Origin: an uncultured Steroidobacter sp.
GTDB lineage: Bacteria; Pseudomonadota; Gammaproteobacteria; Steroidobacterales; Steroidobacteraceae
Direction: 5' to 3'
DNA length: 33,817 nucleotides
Assembly (NCBI GenBank): GCA_902826315.1
Contig: CADEEJ010000010.1
Coordinates: forward strand, 1,670 to 35,486
Part shown: positions 1 to 8,910 of the stretch, piece by piece
Layout of the letters: each line of letters begins with the position of its first letter
Numbering within the stretch: position 1 is the first letter of the stretch
Position numbers and translations under genes: made by a program
The notes under the pieces: generated by a model
The model's database searches: none
Told to the model about the DNA's origin: nothing
What the model saw: only the letters and a program-made list of their open reading frames with translations

Positions 1-2
1 CC

Positions 3-2477
3 GAGGGCGCCGCTGCACAGGTGGTCGCCTATCTCGCGGCCGCGCATGCTGCGCTCGGCAGCCTGCCGACTCACCAGACGATCGTGTTCGAGCGCTTCTT
101 CGACGAAGCGGGCGGCATGCAGCTCGTCATCCACTCGCCGTTCGGCAGCCGCATCAATCGCGCGTGGGGTCTCGCGCTGCGCAAGCGCTTCTGCCGCACA
201 TTCAACTTCGAGCTGCAGGCCGCGGCGACGGAAGACACGATCATCCTGTCGCTGACCACAGCGCACAGTTTCGAGCTGGCCGAAGTCGCGCGTTATCTGC
301 ATCCGAACACGGCCCGCGAAATCCTGGTGCAGGCATTGCTGGCGGCGCCGATGTTCACGACGCGTTGGCGCTGGGATGCTTCGATCGCACTGGCGTTGCC
401 ACGTTTCCGCGGCGGCAAGAAAGTGCCGCCGGCGCTTGCGCGCATGAATGCCGAGGATCTGCTCGCGTCGGTGTTTCCGGATCAAGTCGCGTGCGGCGAG
501 AACATCACGGGCGACATTGTCGTGCCCGATCACCCGCTGGTGCGCCAGACAGTGCGCGACTGTCTCGAAGAAGCGATGGACGTGGAGGGTTTCGAGCGCC
601 TGCTGCACGCGCTCATCGAGAATCGGATCCGAATCGCGGCCCGCGACCTGACCGAGCCCTCGCCGCTCGCACTCGAAGTGCTGTCAGCACGGCCCTATGC
701 GTATCTCGACGACGCGCCGCTCGAAGAGCGACGCACGCAGGCAGTGATGAGCCGCCGCTGGATGGATCCGGAATCGGCTGCCGACATCGGCAAGCTCGAT
801 CCGGAAGCGATCGCGCGCGTCAGGAGCGAAGCGTGGCCCGAAGCAGCGAGCGCGGACGAGTTGCACGATGCACTGTGCTGGCTGACTTTCCTGACCGAGG
901 AAGAAGTTCAGCGCGAGGCCGCGTGGCCTGCGCTCGTGCAGGATCTGATTACACAGCGGCGTGTTACACGGATTGGGCATCTGCTGATCGCTGCTGAACG
1001 CGTCCCGCTGTTGCAGGCCGTCTTCCCTGAGGCCGTCTTCGACTCTGACGTCATCGTGCCCGGCTCCAGCGCGAAGGAATGGGCTCGGGACGAAGCGATA
1101 CGCGAGATCGTGCGCGGCCGCCTGGAAGGGCTCGGCCCGACCAACGCCGGCGCTATTTCAATGTCGCTCGGCGTAGATCTGGCCGATGTCGACGCCGGCC
1201 TGCTCGCGTTGGAAGCCGAAGGCTCGGCCATGCGCGGCAACTTCGAGCCGGATCTCGGCATCCCCGTTCAGTGGTGCGATCGGCGATTGCTCGCCCGCGT
1301 TCATCGCTACACCGTCAAGCGGCTGCGGGCCGAAATCGAGCCCGTGCAGGCGCGCGACTTCCTGCGCTTCCTGTTCGACTGGCAGCGAGTGACGCCGACG
1401 GCCCGCATGCAAGGCCCGGATGCAGTACCGGCCGTGCTCGGGCAGCTCGAAGGCTTCGACACGCCCGCGAGCGCATGGGAAACCGAAGTGCTGCCCGCAC
1501 GCATCGCTGAGTACGACCCGGCATGGCTCGACGAGCAGTGTCTTGCCGGTCGCATCGTCTGGACGCGACTGGCGACCCGGGCTGGCGACACCGAGCGCGG
1601 CGCAGCTCCTGTTCGTTCGACACCCATCGCACTGCTCGCACGACGCAACGTGCGATTGTGGTCGTCCTTCGTGGAGCGTCCAGAAACTCCACAGCTCACG
1701 CCGAAGGCGCAGGAAGTCGCGGCGTTCATCCAGACGCACGGCGCTTCGTTCTTCGATGAGATCGTCGAAGGCGCAAAGCTCCTGCCGACGCAGATCGAAG
1801 AAGCGCTGGCCGAGCTGGTCGCACTGGGCATCGTGAACTCCGACAGCTTCGGCGGCTTGCGCGCTCTACTTGTACCAGCGGACCGACGTCGGCCGACCGC
1901 GCGCGATGCACGTCGCAAGCGCCGTATCGCGATCTTCGGCATGCAGGACGCGGGGCGTTGGGCGTTGGTGCGGAAGGGCGTCGAGCCGGCAGCTGGCGAA
2001 GACATCGAGCATGTTTGTCGCACGCTGCTGCGCCGCTGGGGGGTAGTGTTCTGGAAGCTGCTCGAGCGCGAAGCGGATTGGCTGCCGCCGTGGCGGCAGA
2101 TGCTGATGTGCTTCCGGCGGCTGGAAGCGCGCGGCGAGATCCGCGGCGGCCGCTTCGTGGCAGGATTCTCCGGCGAACAGTTCGCATTGCCCGATGCGGT
2201 CGGGTTGTTGCGCGATGCACGTCGGAAGCCGAACGACGGTGAGTTCTTGTCGCTGTCCGCCGCTGATCCGCTGAACCTGGTCGGCATCATGACGCCCGGT
2301 GCGCGGCTGCCTTCGCTGACAGGCAATCGTGTGCTCTACAAGGATGGCGTGCCGGTCGCGGTGTACGCGGGCGGCGAAGTGTCGTTCCTGGAAGTGCTGG
2401 ACGAGAAGGAACAGTGGCAGGCCAGGAATGCGCTGCTGCGGCGACAGGTGCCGGGAGTGTTGGCGGACCTCGCCTAG
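3..2477 (+). CDS. lhr: Lhr-family ATP-dependent DEAD/H helicase, C-terminal part (5'-truncated by the window)
   Basis: Frame is open from base 3. Lhr-typical segments: ERFFDEAGGMQLVIHSPFGSRINRAWGLALRKRFCRTFNFELQAAA, PSPLALEVL..PYAYLDDAPLEERR, WETEVLPARI, EARGEIRGGRFVAGFSGEQFALP, LSAADPLNL. The helicase core motifs lie upstream of the window. Confidence 0.92.
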   Translation, partial: EGAAAQVVAYLAAAHAALGSLPTHQTIVFERFFDEAGGMQLVIHSPFGSRINRAWGLALRKRFCRTFNFELQAAATEDTIILSLTTAHSFELAEVARYLHPNTAREILVQALLAAPMFTTRWRWDASIALALPRFRGGKKVPPALARMNAEDLLASVFPDQVACGENITGDIVVPDHPLVRQTVRDCLEEAMDVEGFERLLHALIENRIRIAARDLTEPSPLALEVLSARPYAYLDDAPLEERRTQAVMSRRWMDPESAADIGKLDPEAIARVRSEAWPEAASADELHDALCWLTFLTEEEVQREAAWPALVQDLITQRRVTRIGHLLIAAERVPLLQAVFPEAVFDSDVIVPGSSAKEWARDEAIREIVRGRLEGLGPTNAGAISMSLGVDLADVDAGLLALEAEGSAMRGNFEPDLGIPVQWCDRRLLARVHRYTVKRLRAEIEPVQARDFLRFLFDWQRVTPTARMQGPDAVPAVLGQLEGFDTPASAWETEVLPARIAEYDPAWLDEQCLAGRIVWTRLATRAGDTERGAAPVRSTPIALLARRNVRLWSSFVERPETPQLTPKAQEVAAFIQTHGASFFDEIVEGAKLLPTQIEEALAELVALGIVNSDSFGGLRALLVPADRRRPTARDARRKRRIAIFGMQDAGRWALVRKGVEPAAGEDIEHVCRTLLRRWGVVFWKLLEREADWLPPWRQMLMCFRRLEARGEIRGGRFVAGFSGEQFALPDAVGLLRDARRKPNDGEFLSLSAADPLNLVGIMTPGARLPSLTGNRVLYKDGVPVAVYAGGEVSFLEVLDEKEQWQARNALLRRQVPGVLADLA

Positions 2478-2496
2478 GTCCGGGCCCAGACGTGGA

Positions 2497-3294
2497 CTAG
2501 ATCACTTCGGTCGTGTCGCTCGCGCTCGCCGGCTTCTGCTTCGGCGCTTCGTATTCCGGCTGCAGCGTGTCCGGGTTCACCGGCGCGGCTTCGTGCCCTT
2601 CCTGCTCGATGTCTTTCGGATCGCGGCGCGCGATCGTGCCGAGACCATTCATGCGCGTGCTCACTTCGCGCGGGTTGCCGGTGTAGAGAATCGCACCGAC
2701 GCCGTTCATGGTGGCGTCCAGCGAGTCCTTCGGATGCACGATCACGCTGCCGACGCCTTCGACCGTCACCTTGGTCTCGTCCGAGATGAGCCGGCTGAAA
2801 TCGCCGTGACCGGCGCCGGACATGCGCACGACGAGCTCCTCGACATGACCCTCCGCCACGATGTGCGCCGCGCCGGCCGCCCGGATCTTCGTTTCGCCGC
2901 CGTTGAAGCCGGTCAGGCGCACGTCGTTGCCGCCCTCCACTTCCAGCGACTCCAGCTTCGGCACCGTGATCTTCACGGTGATGCGTCGGCGGTTGTTGGA
3001 CATGAACCAGTCGCGCGGCTTGCTTTCGATGTACAGCGTGTTGTGACGCACGTCGGTCTCGACGCGCTCGATCGAAGAGGGGCGGCCTTCGATGACCAGC
3101 GACTCGGGCTGACCGACGGTGATCTCCAGGCGGGCGGCGCCTTGCATGTCGATGGAGTCGAACGAGCCGACGTCACGGGTCTCGGAGCGGCTGGGGCCCC
3201 AGTTGCTGCGACGGTCGTCGCCGTCGTCGCAGGCGCTCAGTAGCGCTGCGCTGGCGGCCATCAACAGCAGTCCGGCAGCTCTTTCCGCTTTCAT
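2497..3294 (-). CDS. DUF2807 / head GIN domain lipoprotein (265 aa)
   Basis: True start is ATG 3294 with a GAGGTG SD. Signal peptide ends in lipobox LLSAC. Contains ETRDVGSFDSIDMQG..LEITVG and repeated beta-solenoid units (LEVEGGND, IRAAGAAH, VRMSGAGH, VTVEGVGS, ATMNGVGAILYTGNP). The 735-aa ORF extension is antisense to the neighbouring GGDEF gene. Confidence 0.88.
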   Translation of the reverse strand: MKAERAAGLLLMAASAALLSACDDGDDRRSNWGPSRSETRDVGSFDSIDMQGAARLEITVGQPESLVIEGRPSSIERVETDVRHNTLYIESKPRDWFMSNNRRRITVKITVPKLESLEVEGGNDVRLTGFNGGETKIRAAGAAHIVAEGHVEELVVRMSGAGHGDFSRLISDETKVTVEGVGSVIVHPKDSLDATMNGVGAILYTGNPREVSTRMNGLGTIARRDPKDIEQEGHEAAPVNPDTLQPEYEAPKQKPASASDTTEVI

Positions 3295-3392
3295 AAGACA
3301 CCTCAGGACACGAATGACCGGCCGGCTGCAGACGTGCCTGCCGTACGGGCCGTCCACATAGTGCGCGGTTCCTGGGGCTTCCTGAAGCGAAT

Positions 3393-3420
3393 GCCGGTGA
3401 GTTGCCGATGATCGCCGGTC
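3393..3420. promoter_or_regulatory. Three helically phased direct repeats (GCCG[G/A]T[G/C]), candidate regulator sites
   Basis: GCCGGTG at 3393, GCCGATG at 3404 and GCCGGTC at 3414, spaced 11 and 10 bp, upstream of the DUF2807 gene. Confidence 0.35.
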
Positions 3421-3447
3421 GGGAGCCTGCCGCGACCCCGCCGGACC

Positions 3448-3463
3448 TGTGACGGCCGTCACA
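3448..3463. promoter_or_regulatory. CRP/Clp/Vfr-type binding site
   Basis: Perfect palindrome TGTGA-CGGCCG-TCACA, matching TGTGA-N6-TCACA. Weaker copies at 3508-3523 (TGTGA-N6-TCGCC) and 3530-3545 (TGTGA-N6-TCCGC). Confidence 0.75.
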
Positions 3464-3621
3464 CTGCGCAGCCACCCCATCCGCGCTGCGGTTTCTTTGT
3501 GCCGAGGTGTGACGCGCATCGCCCGTTCCTGTGATGGTGATCCGCGTCCGCCCCAGGGTTGGGCGCGTAACTTTATGTACGACGGAAGCCCGTGCTTCCA
3601 GCCAGAGAGCCGTACCGCCTC

Positions 3622-4851
3622 ATGACCCGGCATTTTGCCGCCCGTCTCAACGACCTCGTCGCGCGCGTCGTGCCGCGCCTGACGTTCGACGAGCCGTTGG
3701 AGTCGGAATTCCGCAGCTGGCACGCCGAGCATGCGCGCGCACGCGTCCGCAACGCGATGTGGCTCGCGATGGGCAACATGCTCGTCGTGATGCTCGCAGG
3801 CGGACCGTTCCGCGAGATGCGCAGCGCGATCTTCGGGCCCGAGAATCAGACGATCGTCGACGTGCTGCGCTTCGGCTTCATCGTGCCGAGCTGCCTCGCG
3901 ATGCTGGTCGTTTCCTACACCCCGCTGTACCGCAAGTGGTTCGGCATCACGGCACAGATCGTCGCGCCGGTGCACGCGTTGTCGTTCGTCGTAATGGACA
4001 TCCTCATGCACCCGCGCGGCTACTCGCTGAGCTCGTGGATGCCGCTCGTCGTCCTGGCGCCGTATTTCCTGTTCGGCATGCTGCACGCGCAAGCGGTGCG
4101 TACGTCGCTGCTCGTCGTACTGGCGTACGCACTGGGCGGCGAGCTGGCCGGCGTGAGCGGTCCGCAGCGCGTGTTCGACATGTTCGTGGTCGCTTTCGCC
4201 TGCGCCATCGGCGGTGCGGTGCACTTTGCATTCCAGCGTGGCGTTCGCCGCAACTACCTCGCGAAGCAAGTGCTGAGCGAATCCGCGAATCGCGACAGCC
4301 TGACCGGCATTCACAACCGCCGCATGTTCGACGACCACATGCAGCGGCTCTGGCAACAGGCTCTGCGCGAGCGCGTGCCGCTCGCACTGCTGCTGGTCGA
4401 CCTCGATCACTTCAAGGCTTTCAACGACCGCCGCGGCCACCAGGCCGGCGATGCGTGCCTCGCCAAAGTCGCGAGCGTGCTGCCGGTAGCCGCACGCCGG
4501 CCCTTCGACCTCGCAGCCCGTTACGGCGGCGAAGAATTTGCCGTGCTCCTTTACGACGCACGTCGCGATCGCGTCGAGGAAATGTGCCGGCAGCTGCACG
4601 CAACCCTGCAGAAAGCCGCACTGGAACACCCGGCGTCGCCGGTCAGCCAATACGTGACCTTCAGCATCGGCGCCGCCTGCGTCGAACCGAACCTCGGGCG
4701 TCATCCCGAAGGCTTCATCCAGCTCGCCGACGAGGCCCTCTACGCCGCGAAAGAACGCGGCCGTAACCGCACCGTGATCATGGATCGCGAGTACGAAACG
4801 CTCACCACCGGTGCATTCCGCATCCCCCGCGCCCGCGGCGAAGCCGCCTGA
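3622..4851 (+). CDS. Multi-transmembrane diguanylate cyclase (GGDEF domain)
   Basis: About 5-6 hydrophobic helices, then DSLTGIHNRR, DLDHFKAFNDRRGHQAGD, RPFD I-site and ARYGGEEF, ADEALYAAKERGRN. Start could be GTG 3592 or ATG 3622. Confidence 0.93.
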   Translation: MTRHFAARLNDLVARVVPRLTFDEPLESEFRSWHAEHARARVRNAMWLAMGNMLVVMLAGGPFREMRSAIFGPENQTIVDVLRFGFIVPSCLAMLVVSYTPLYRKWFGITAQIVAPVHALSFVVMDILMHPRGYSLSSWMPLVVLAPYFLFGMLHAQAVRTSLLVVLAYALGGELAGVSGPQRVFDMFVVAFACAIGGAVHFAFQRGVRRNYLAKQVLSESANRDSLTGIHNRRMFDDHMQRLWQQALRERVPLALLLVDLDHFKAFNDRRGHQAGDACLAKVASVLPVAARRPFDLAARYGGEEFAVLLYDARRDRVEEMCRQLHATLQKAALEHPASPVSQYVTFSIGAACVEPNLGRHPEGFIQLADEALYAAKERGRNRTVIMDREYETLTTGAFRIPRARGEAA

Positions 4852-4875
4852 ATTATCTCCTCTTCACCAAGCGCC

Positions 4876-4896
4876 AACCGCTAACCGCTAACCGCT
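4876..4896 (+). repeat. Heptamer tandem repeat (AACCGCT)x3
   Basis: Three exact copies plus a degenerate AAGCGCC at 4869-4875, in the intergenic region upstream of the ketosynthase. Confidence 0.85.
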
Positions 4897-4941
4897 CCCT
4901 CCGGTGTATCCTTCGCCCTGGCAACGGCTCCCGGGATACAC

Positions 4942-6789
4942 GTGCTCACGGCTGACAAGGTACTCGTCACGGTCGGAACTCCCTGCTCGATCTCCGCGGT
5001 CGGCAGCACCGAGACCTACCATGCACGCGTCACGCGGGCGCCCGAGTTCATTGCCTATGCTGCGTTCGACGCGGGCCTGATCGACGTCGAGCCGGGTGCC
5101 GGCGGTGCGCTGGCGTTGCGCTGGCTCGACGGGACGACGGCCACGATCGACGAGATCGAGCGGCGCCACGGCGCGCAGTTGCGTGCAAACCTCGGCATTC
5201 GCTTCGTTCCCGAGCTCACCGCGGCGGGCACATCCGTCGTGACGGATATCGCCGCGCCGCTCCCACACGACTTCGAGAGCGGCGGCCTGCGCAAGCTGGC
5301 GGGTCTCATGTACCGCGACGTGCGCGAGTCCGTGCTCAAGGACATGTACGGGTTGTTCGACGACGACCCGCGTCTCGGCCCATCGCTGCAAGCGCAGCTG
5401 TTCGCCTATAGCGGTCTGGGTGCGCTTGCCGCACTGCCCGTGTCGCTCGCAGAGCTGCTGCCGAATCCCTACGAGTTTCGTGTCGCCGGTGCGACCGCGT
5501 TCATGGGCATGGATTCGCTCGCCGAGCTGCGCGGCGCAGGCACCGACGGCATCGAGAACGACAAGCTGCGCGACAAGTTCGCGATGCGCCTCGCCAACTC
5601 GCTGTCGTCGCACGGCCCGGCGTTGCTCTCGACGATGCTCGCGCCGTCGTATTCGCTGAGCAAGTCGCTGAAGAATCCTGCACTGCTCGACAGCTTGCGT
5701 ACCGCCAGCGGCTACATGCGCGTGCCGCAGACTCCATTGAATGCAGTCGGCGCGTGCGCGTCGAGCTCGATCGTGTTCTGCGAGTTCGCGCCGCAGATGG
5801 TGCTCGATTACCCGGGTTATCAGCGTCCCACGATGACGCTGTGGACCGCGGCGGACGCCGCGACACGGCCGCACTGGCAGATCCTCGACGCATTCGGCCC
5901 CGGCGCGCTGATGACTCGCAGCAAGCTTGCAACGATGAATGCCAACCGTGCGCCGTCGGAACAGCGCGCGGTGGCGGACTCGCTCGCGCCGTTCGACATC
6001 GACGCGAACGGCACGGTCGTCGGCGAAGGCGGATCCGGCGTGCTGATCACGACGCTCGACTTCGCGCTACGCAATTTCCTGGACATCACTTCGATCATCG
6101 TCGGCTGGGGTCAGAGCGGCGAGGCGGGCGGCAAGGCCCACTTTGCCGGCGTCGGCTTCGGCGGCGAGAACGCGCTGATCCACGCCTTCGACCTCGCACA
6201 TCGCGGCCACGGTTATGGGATCGCGGACTTCCAGTACCTCGTCGCGCACGCGACCGGGACGCGCACCAACTCCAAGACGGATCTCACGACCGCGGCGAGC
6301 GGCCGCGCGACAGCAGCGGAGCGCCAGGGCCGCAAAGGCGCGCTGCCCCCGATGACAGTCGGCACGCCGAAGGCCGTCGGCGATGGACACACGATGGGTG
6401 AGACTGGATTGAAGGCGCTGTCGCAGGCGCTGCAGTTCCTGCTCGGCAAGACCGCGGTCGGCATTCCGACGCTGCGCAATCTCGATCCCGAGCTCGGACC
6501 CGCCGCGGAATCGTTCGTGCTCAACGCGCCGCCCGTCGCCGGCAATGCAGATGGCGGGGCGCTGTGTGCGACGCAGGGTTTCGGCGGCTACAACGGCGCG
6601 ATCGCGCTGCGCGCCGCGCACGCGGAAGCGTTCGGCCGGTATTCGGTCGATCGCAAAGTGTTGTCAGCGTATCTGGAGCGCTGGCCCGAGCTGCGTCGCG
6701 AGCGGGAGCAGCGCGAGAGATATTGGCGACTGCGCCGGCGCTCGACGATCGAGCTGGTGCAGATGCATTGCTGGAAGGGCCTGGAGTGA
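4942..6789 (+). CDS. Beta-ketoacyl synthase (KAS I/II fold), divergent FabY-like
   Basis: Cys-His-His set: AVGACASS, VAHATGT, PKAVGDGHTMG. Also APFDIDANGTVVGEGG and the C-terminal QGFGGYNG. The 615-aa length and helical C-terminal tail resemble the FabY type. GTG start with GGGA upstream. Confidence 0.85.
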   Translation: MLTADKVLVTVGTPCSISAVGSTETYHARVTRAPEFIAYAAFDAGLIDVEPGAGGALALRWLDGTTATIDEIERRHGAQLRANLGIRFVPELTAAGTSVVTDIAAPLPHDFESGGLRKLAGLMYRDVRESVLKDMYGLFDDDPRLGPSLQAQLFAYSGLGALAALPVSLAELLPNPYEFRVAGATAFMGMDSLAELRGAGTDGIENDKLRDKFAMRLANSLSSHGPALLSTMLAPSYSLSKSLKNPALLDSLRTASGYMRVPQTPLNAVGACASSSIVFCEFAPQMVLDYPGYQRPTMTLWTAADAATRPHWQILDAFGPGALMTRSKLATMNANRAPSEQRAVADSLAPFDIDANGTVVGEGGSGVLITTLDFALRNFLDITSIIVGWGQSGEAGGKAHFAGVGFGGENALIHAFDLAHRGHGYGIADFQYLVAHATGTRTNSKTDLTTAASGRATAAERQGRKGALPPMTVGTPKAVGDGHTMGETGLKALSQALQFLLGKTAVGIPTLRNLDPELGPAAESFVLNAPPVAGNADGGALCATQGFGGYNGAIALRAAHAEAFGRYSVDRKVLSAYLERWPELRREREQRERYWRLRRRSTIELVQMHCWKGLE

Positions 6790-6797
6790 GCTGAAGA

Positions 6798-6847
6798 GTC
6801 GGGCGGCAGCCCGACCCACAAGAGGACTCCTGTGGGCCGGCTAGCCT
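6798..6847. repeat. REP-like inverted doublet (GTGG head plus hairpin) between convergent genes
   Basis: Minus strand reads GTGG-GTCGGGC-TGCC-GCCCGAC (6798-6819). A degenerate inverted partner TGTGGGCCGGCTAGCC starts at 6831. Confidence 0.65.
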
Positions 6848-6859
6848 GCGAGTCGCGAC

Positions 6860-7234
6860 TCAGCCTGACTTCTTACCGGTAAACGTCCCTTCACCGAGCT
6901 CGCCCAGCGCCACCTTGCCCTTCATCGTGTCGCCTTCGACGGTACCGCTATAGGTAATCGCCAGGTCCGTGCCCTGCGCATTCACCTTGAAGCTGATCGT
7001 CACGTCGTTGCCTTTCACGCTACCCGTCACCGGTGCTTCGCCGAGCTGGCCCTTGTAGGTGCCGCTCAGTGCCGTGCCGTCCTGCTTGAGACTGAAGTGC
7101 GGCGCGCCGGTGCCCGCCTGCGTCTCGACGGTGAAGTCCCATTCACCCGCGACGTTCGCGTCGGCCGCGAGCGCCGCGCCGGCCAGTGCCGCGGACGCGA
7201 GCATCGTGATGAACAGTCTGCGCAGAATCTTCAT
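6860..7234 (-). CDS. Small secreted beta-rich hypothetical protein (124 aa)
   Basis: Sec signal MKILRRLF...AALA, then VAGEWDFTV and alternating beta-strand patterns. AGGAGAGG SD; starts 9 nt after the synthetase stop. Confidence 0.85.
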   Translation of the reverse strand: MKILRRLFITMLASAALAGAALAADANVAGEWDFTVETQAGTGAPHFSLKQDGTALSGTYKGQLGEAPVTGSVKGNDVTISFKVNAQGTDLAITYSGTVEGDTMKGKVALGELGEGTFTGKKSG

Positions 7235-7243
7235 GAGCCTCTC

Positions 7244-8836
7244 CTATTGCGATGATGCTTTGGACCGATACATCTCGCGCAGCTTGTGCTTGTACAGCTT
7301 GCCGTTGTCGAGCCGGGGCAGCTCGCTGACGAAGTCCACGCTGCGCGGACATTTGAAATGGGCCAGGTGCTGGCGGCAGTACTCGATCAGCTCCGTCGCG
7401 AGTTGCGGCGACGCCGTGTAACCGGGCTGCGGGATCACGACCGCCTTCACTGCCTCGCCCCACTCTGCGTCGGGCACACCGATGACGCCGGCGTCCGCGA
7501 CTGCCGGATGCGAGAACAGGACGCCCTCGGCTTCCGCGGGATAGATGTTCACGCCGCCGGAGATGATGAGGTGCGCGCTGCGATCGGTCAGGTACAGGTA
7601 GCCGTCGGCGTCGAGATAGCCGACGTCGCCGAGCGTATAGTAATCGCCGCGATAGGCATGGTCGGTCTTCGAATCGTCCTTGTAGTAGTTGAAGCGGCCG
7701 CTGGCGGGCGCCTTCATGTAAATCAGGCCCTCTGCGAGCGGCGGCAACGACTCGCCGGCGTCATCGAAGATCCGAATATGATCGGGCGTATCGGGCCGGC
7801 CGACGGTGCCGGGCCGCGCGAGCCACGTAGCCGAGTCAACGAGCGTGCCGGTGCCTTCGGTTGCGCCGTAGTACTCCCACACGATCGGTCCGAGCCAGTC
7901 GATCATGGCGCGCTTCACCGTCGCCGGACACGGCGCGGCACCGTGCAAGATGTACTTCAGCGACGACAAGTCGTGGCGCTTGCGGACGGCTTCGGGCAGC
8001 GACAGCAGCCGATGCATCATCGTCGGCACCAGATGCATATGCGTCACGCGATGGCGCGCGATCAGCTCCAGCGCGCGTTCGCAGTCCCAGCTCTCCATCA
8101 ACACGACCGACGCACCGAAGAGCTGCGGAACGGCCATCGCGAGCGACAGCGGCGCGGCGTGATAGAGCGGACCGGTGACGAGATGAATGCTCTCGCCAGG
8201 GCGATAGTCGGCGCTCGCGACCAGGCTGGGAGACGTCGGCGGCGCGGAGGAGCGATACACGCCTTTCGGCTTGCCCGTCGTGCCCGACGTGTACAGCATC
8301 GCATTGCCCAGCCGCGGATCGGGAATGTCACTGCCGTCCCGGCCGCGCAGCAGCGCCTCGTAGCTCTCGAAGCCCGGAATGGCGCCGCCGACCGCGAGTC
8401 GCAGCCGGGCGCGCGGTGCGTTGGCAGCGACGTGCTCGGCGCTCGCAAGGAAGCGTGCGTCCGCGATGAAAACCTTGGCATCGCAATCGTTCGCGATGTA
8501 GGCGGCCTCTTCGCCCGTCAGCCGCCAATTGATCGGCGTCATGCGGATGCCGGCGCGCCGGGTCGCCCAGAACACCTCGACGAATTCGGTGCGATTTGCA
8601 CATAACAGGGCAACGCCGTCGCCCGGGCCTACCCCGTGCTCGCGCAGTGCGCGGACCAGCTGATTGCAGCGCTGGTTGAGCTCGGCATAGGTCCGATTGC
8701 CGGAAATTGCAGCCACGGCGGGCGCATGCGGCTGCCGTTGCGCCCACAGCGCCACGTTCATCCCCTGCTCCATCGCGGCGGCAAAGGCCGGTTCCGCGAG
8801 GCTCGGTCGAGACGGCGCTGGAGGAGCTGCAGCCAT
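7244..8836 (-). CDS. Acyl-CoA synthetase / AMP-binding (fatty-acid-CoA ligase-like)
   Basis: [67 protein letters not shown]. Likely start ATG 8836. Confidence 0.93.
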   Translation of the reverse strand: MAAAPPAPSRPSLAEPAFAAAMEQGMNVALWAQRQPHAPAVAAISGNRTYAELNQRCNQLVRALREHGVGPGDGVALLCANRTEFVEVFWATRRAGIRMTPINWRLTGEEAAYIANDCDAKVFIADARFLASAEHVAANAPRARLRLAVGGAIPGFESYEALLRGRDGSDIPDPRLGNAMLYTSGTTGKPKGVYRSSAPPTSPSLVASADYRPGESIHLVTGPLYHAAPLSLAMAVPQLFGASVVLMESWDCERALELIARHRVTHMHLVPTMMHRLLSLPEAVRKRHDLSSLKYILHGAAPCPATVKRAMIDWLGPIVWEYYGATEGTGTLVDSATWLARPGTVGRPDTPDHIRIFDDAGESLPPLAEGLIYMKAPASGRFNYYKDDSKTDHAYRGDYYTLGDVGYLDADGYLYLTDRSAHLIISGGVNIYPAEAEGVLFSHPAVADAGVIGVPDAEWGEAVKAVVIPQPGYTASPQLATELIEYCRQHLAHFKCPRSVDFVSELPRLDNGKLYKHKLREMYRSKASSQ

Positions 8837-8910
8837 GAGCGGCGATTGTCGATGGATTGCGCAACCGGGAGCAATAGAACGCACGCATGCCACTGTGCAA
8901 AAATATGTGC

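Noticed and set aside
3295-3621. c-di-GMP or other riboswitch upstream of the diguanylate cyclase
   Set aside because: No recognisable aptamer consensus by eye; the region is better explained by protein-binding sites. An Rfam scan would settle it.
3295-4704. N-terminal 470 aa of the 735-aa minus-strand ORF, suggesting a large fusion protein
   Set aside because: Mostly antisense shadow of the GGDEF gene. The real gene starts at ATG 3294 with an SD and lipobox.
7286-8605. 439-aa plus-strand ORF, and similar long antisense or off-frame ORFs (e.g. 17936-19276, 20258-21592, 21018-22304)
   Set aside because: They lie over well-supported genes, have no recognisable motifs, and are typical codon-bias shadows.
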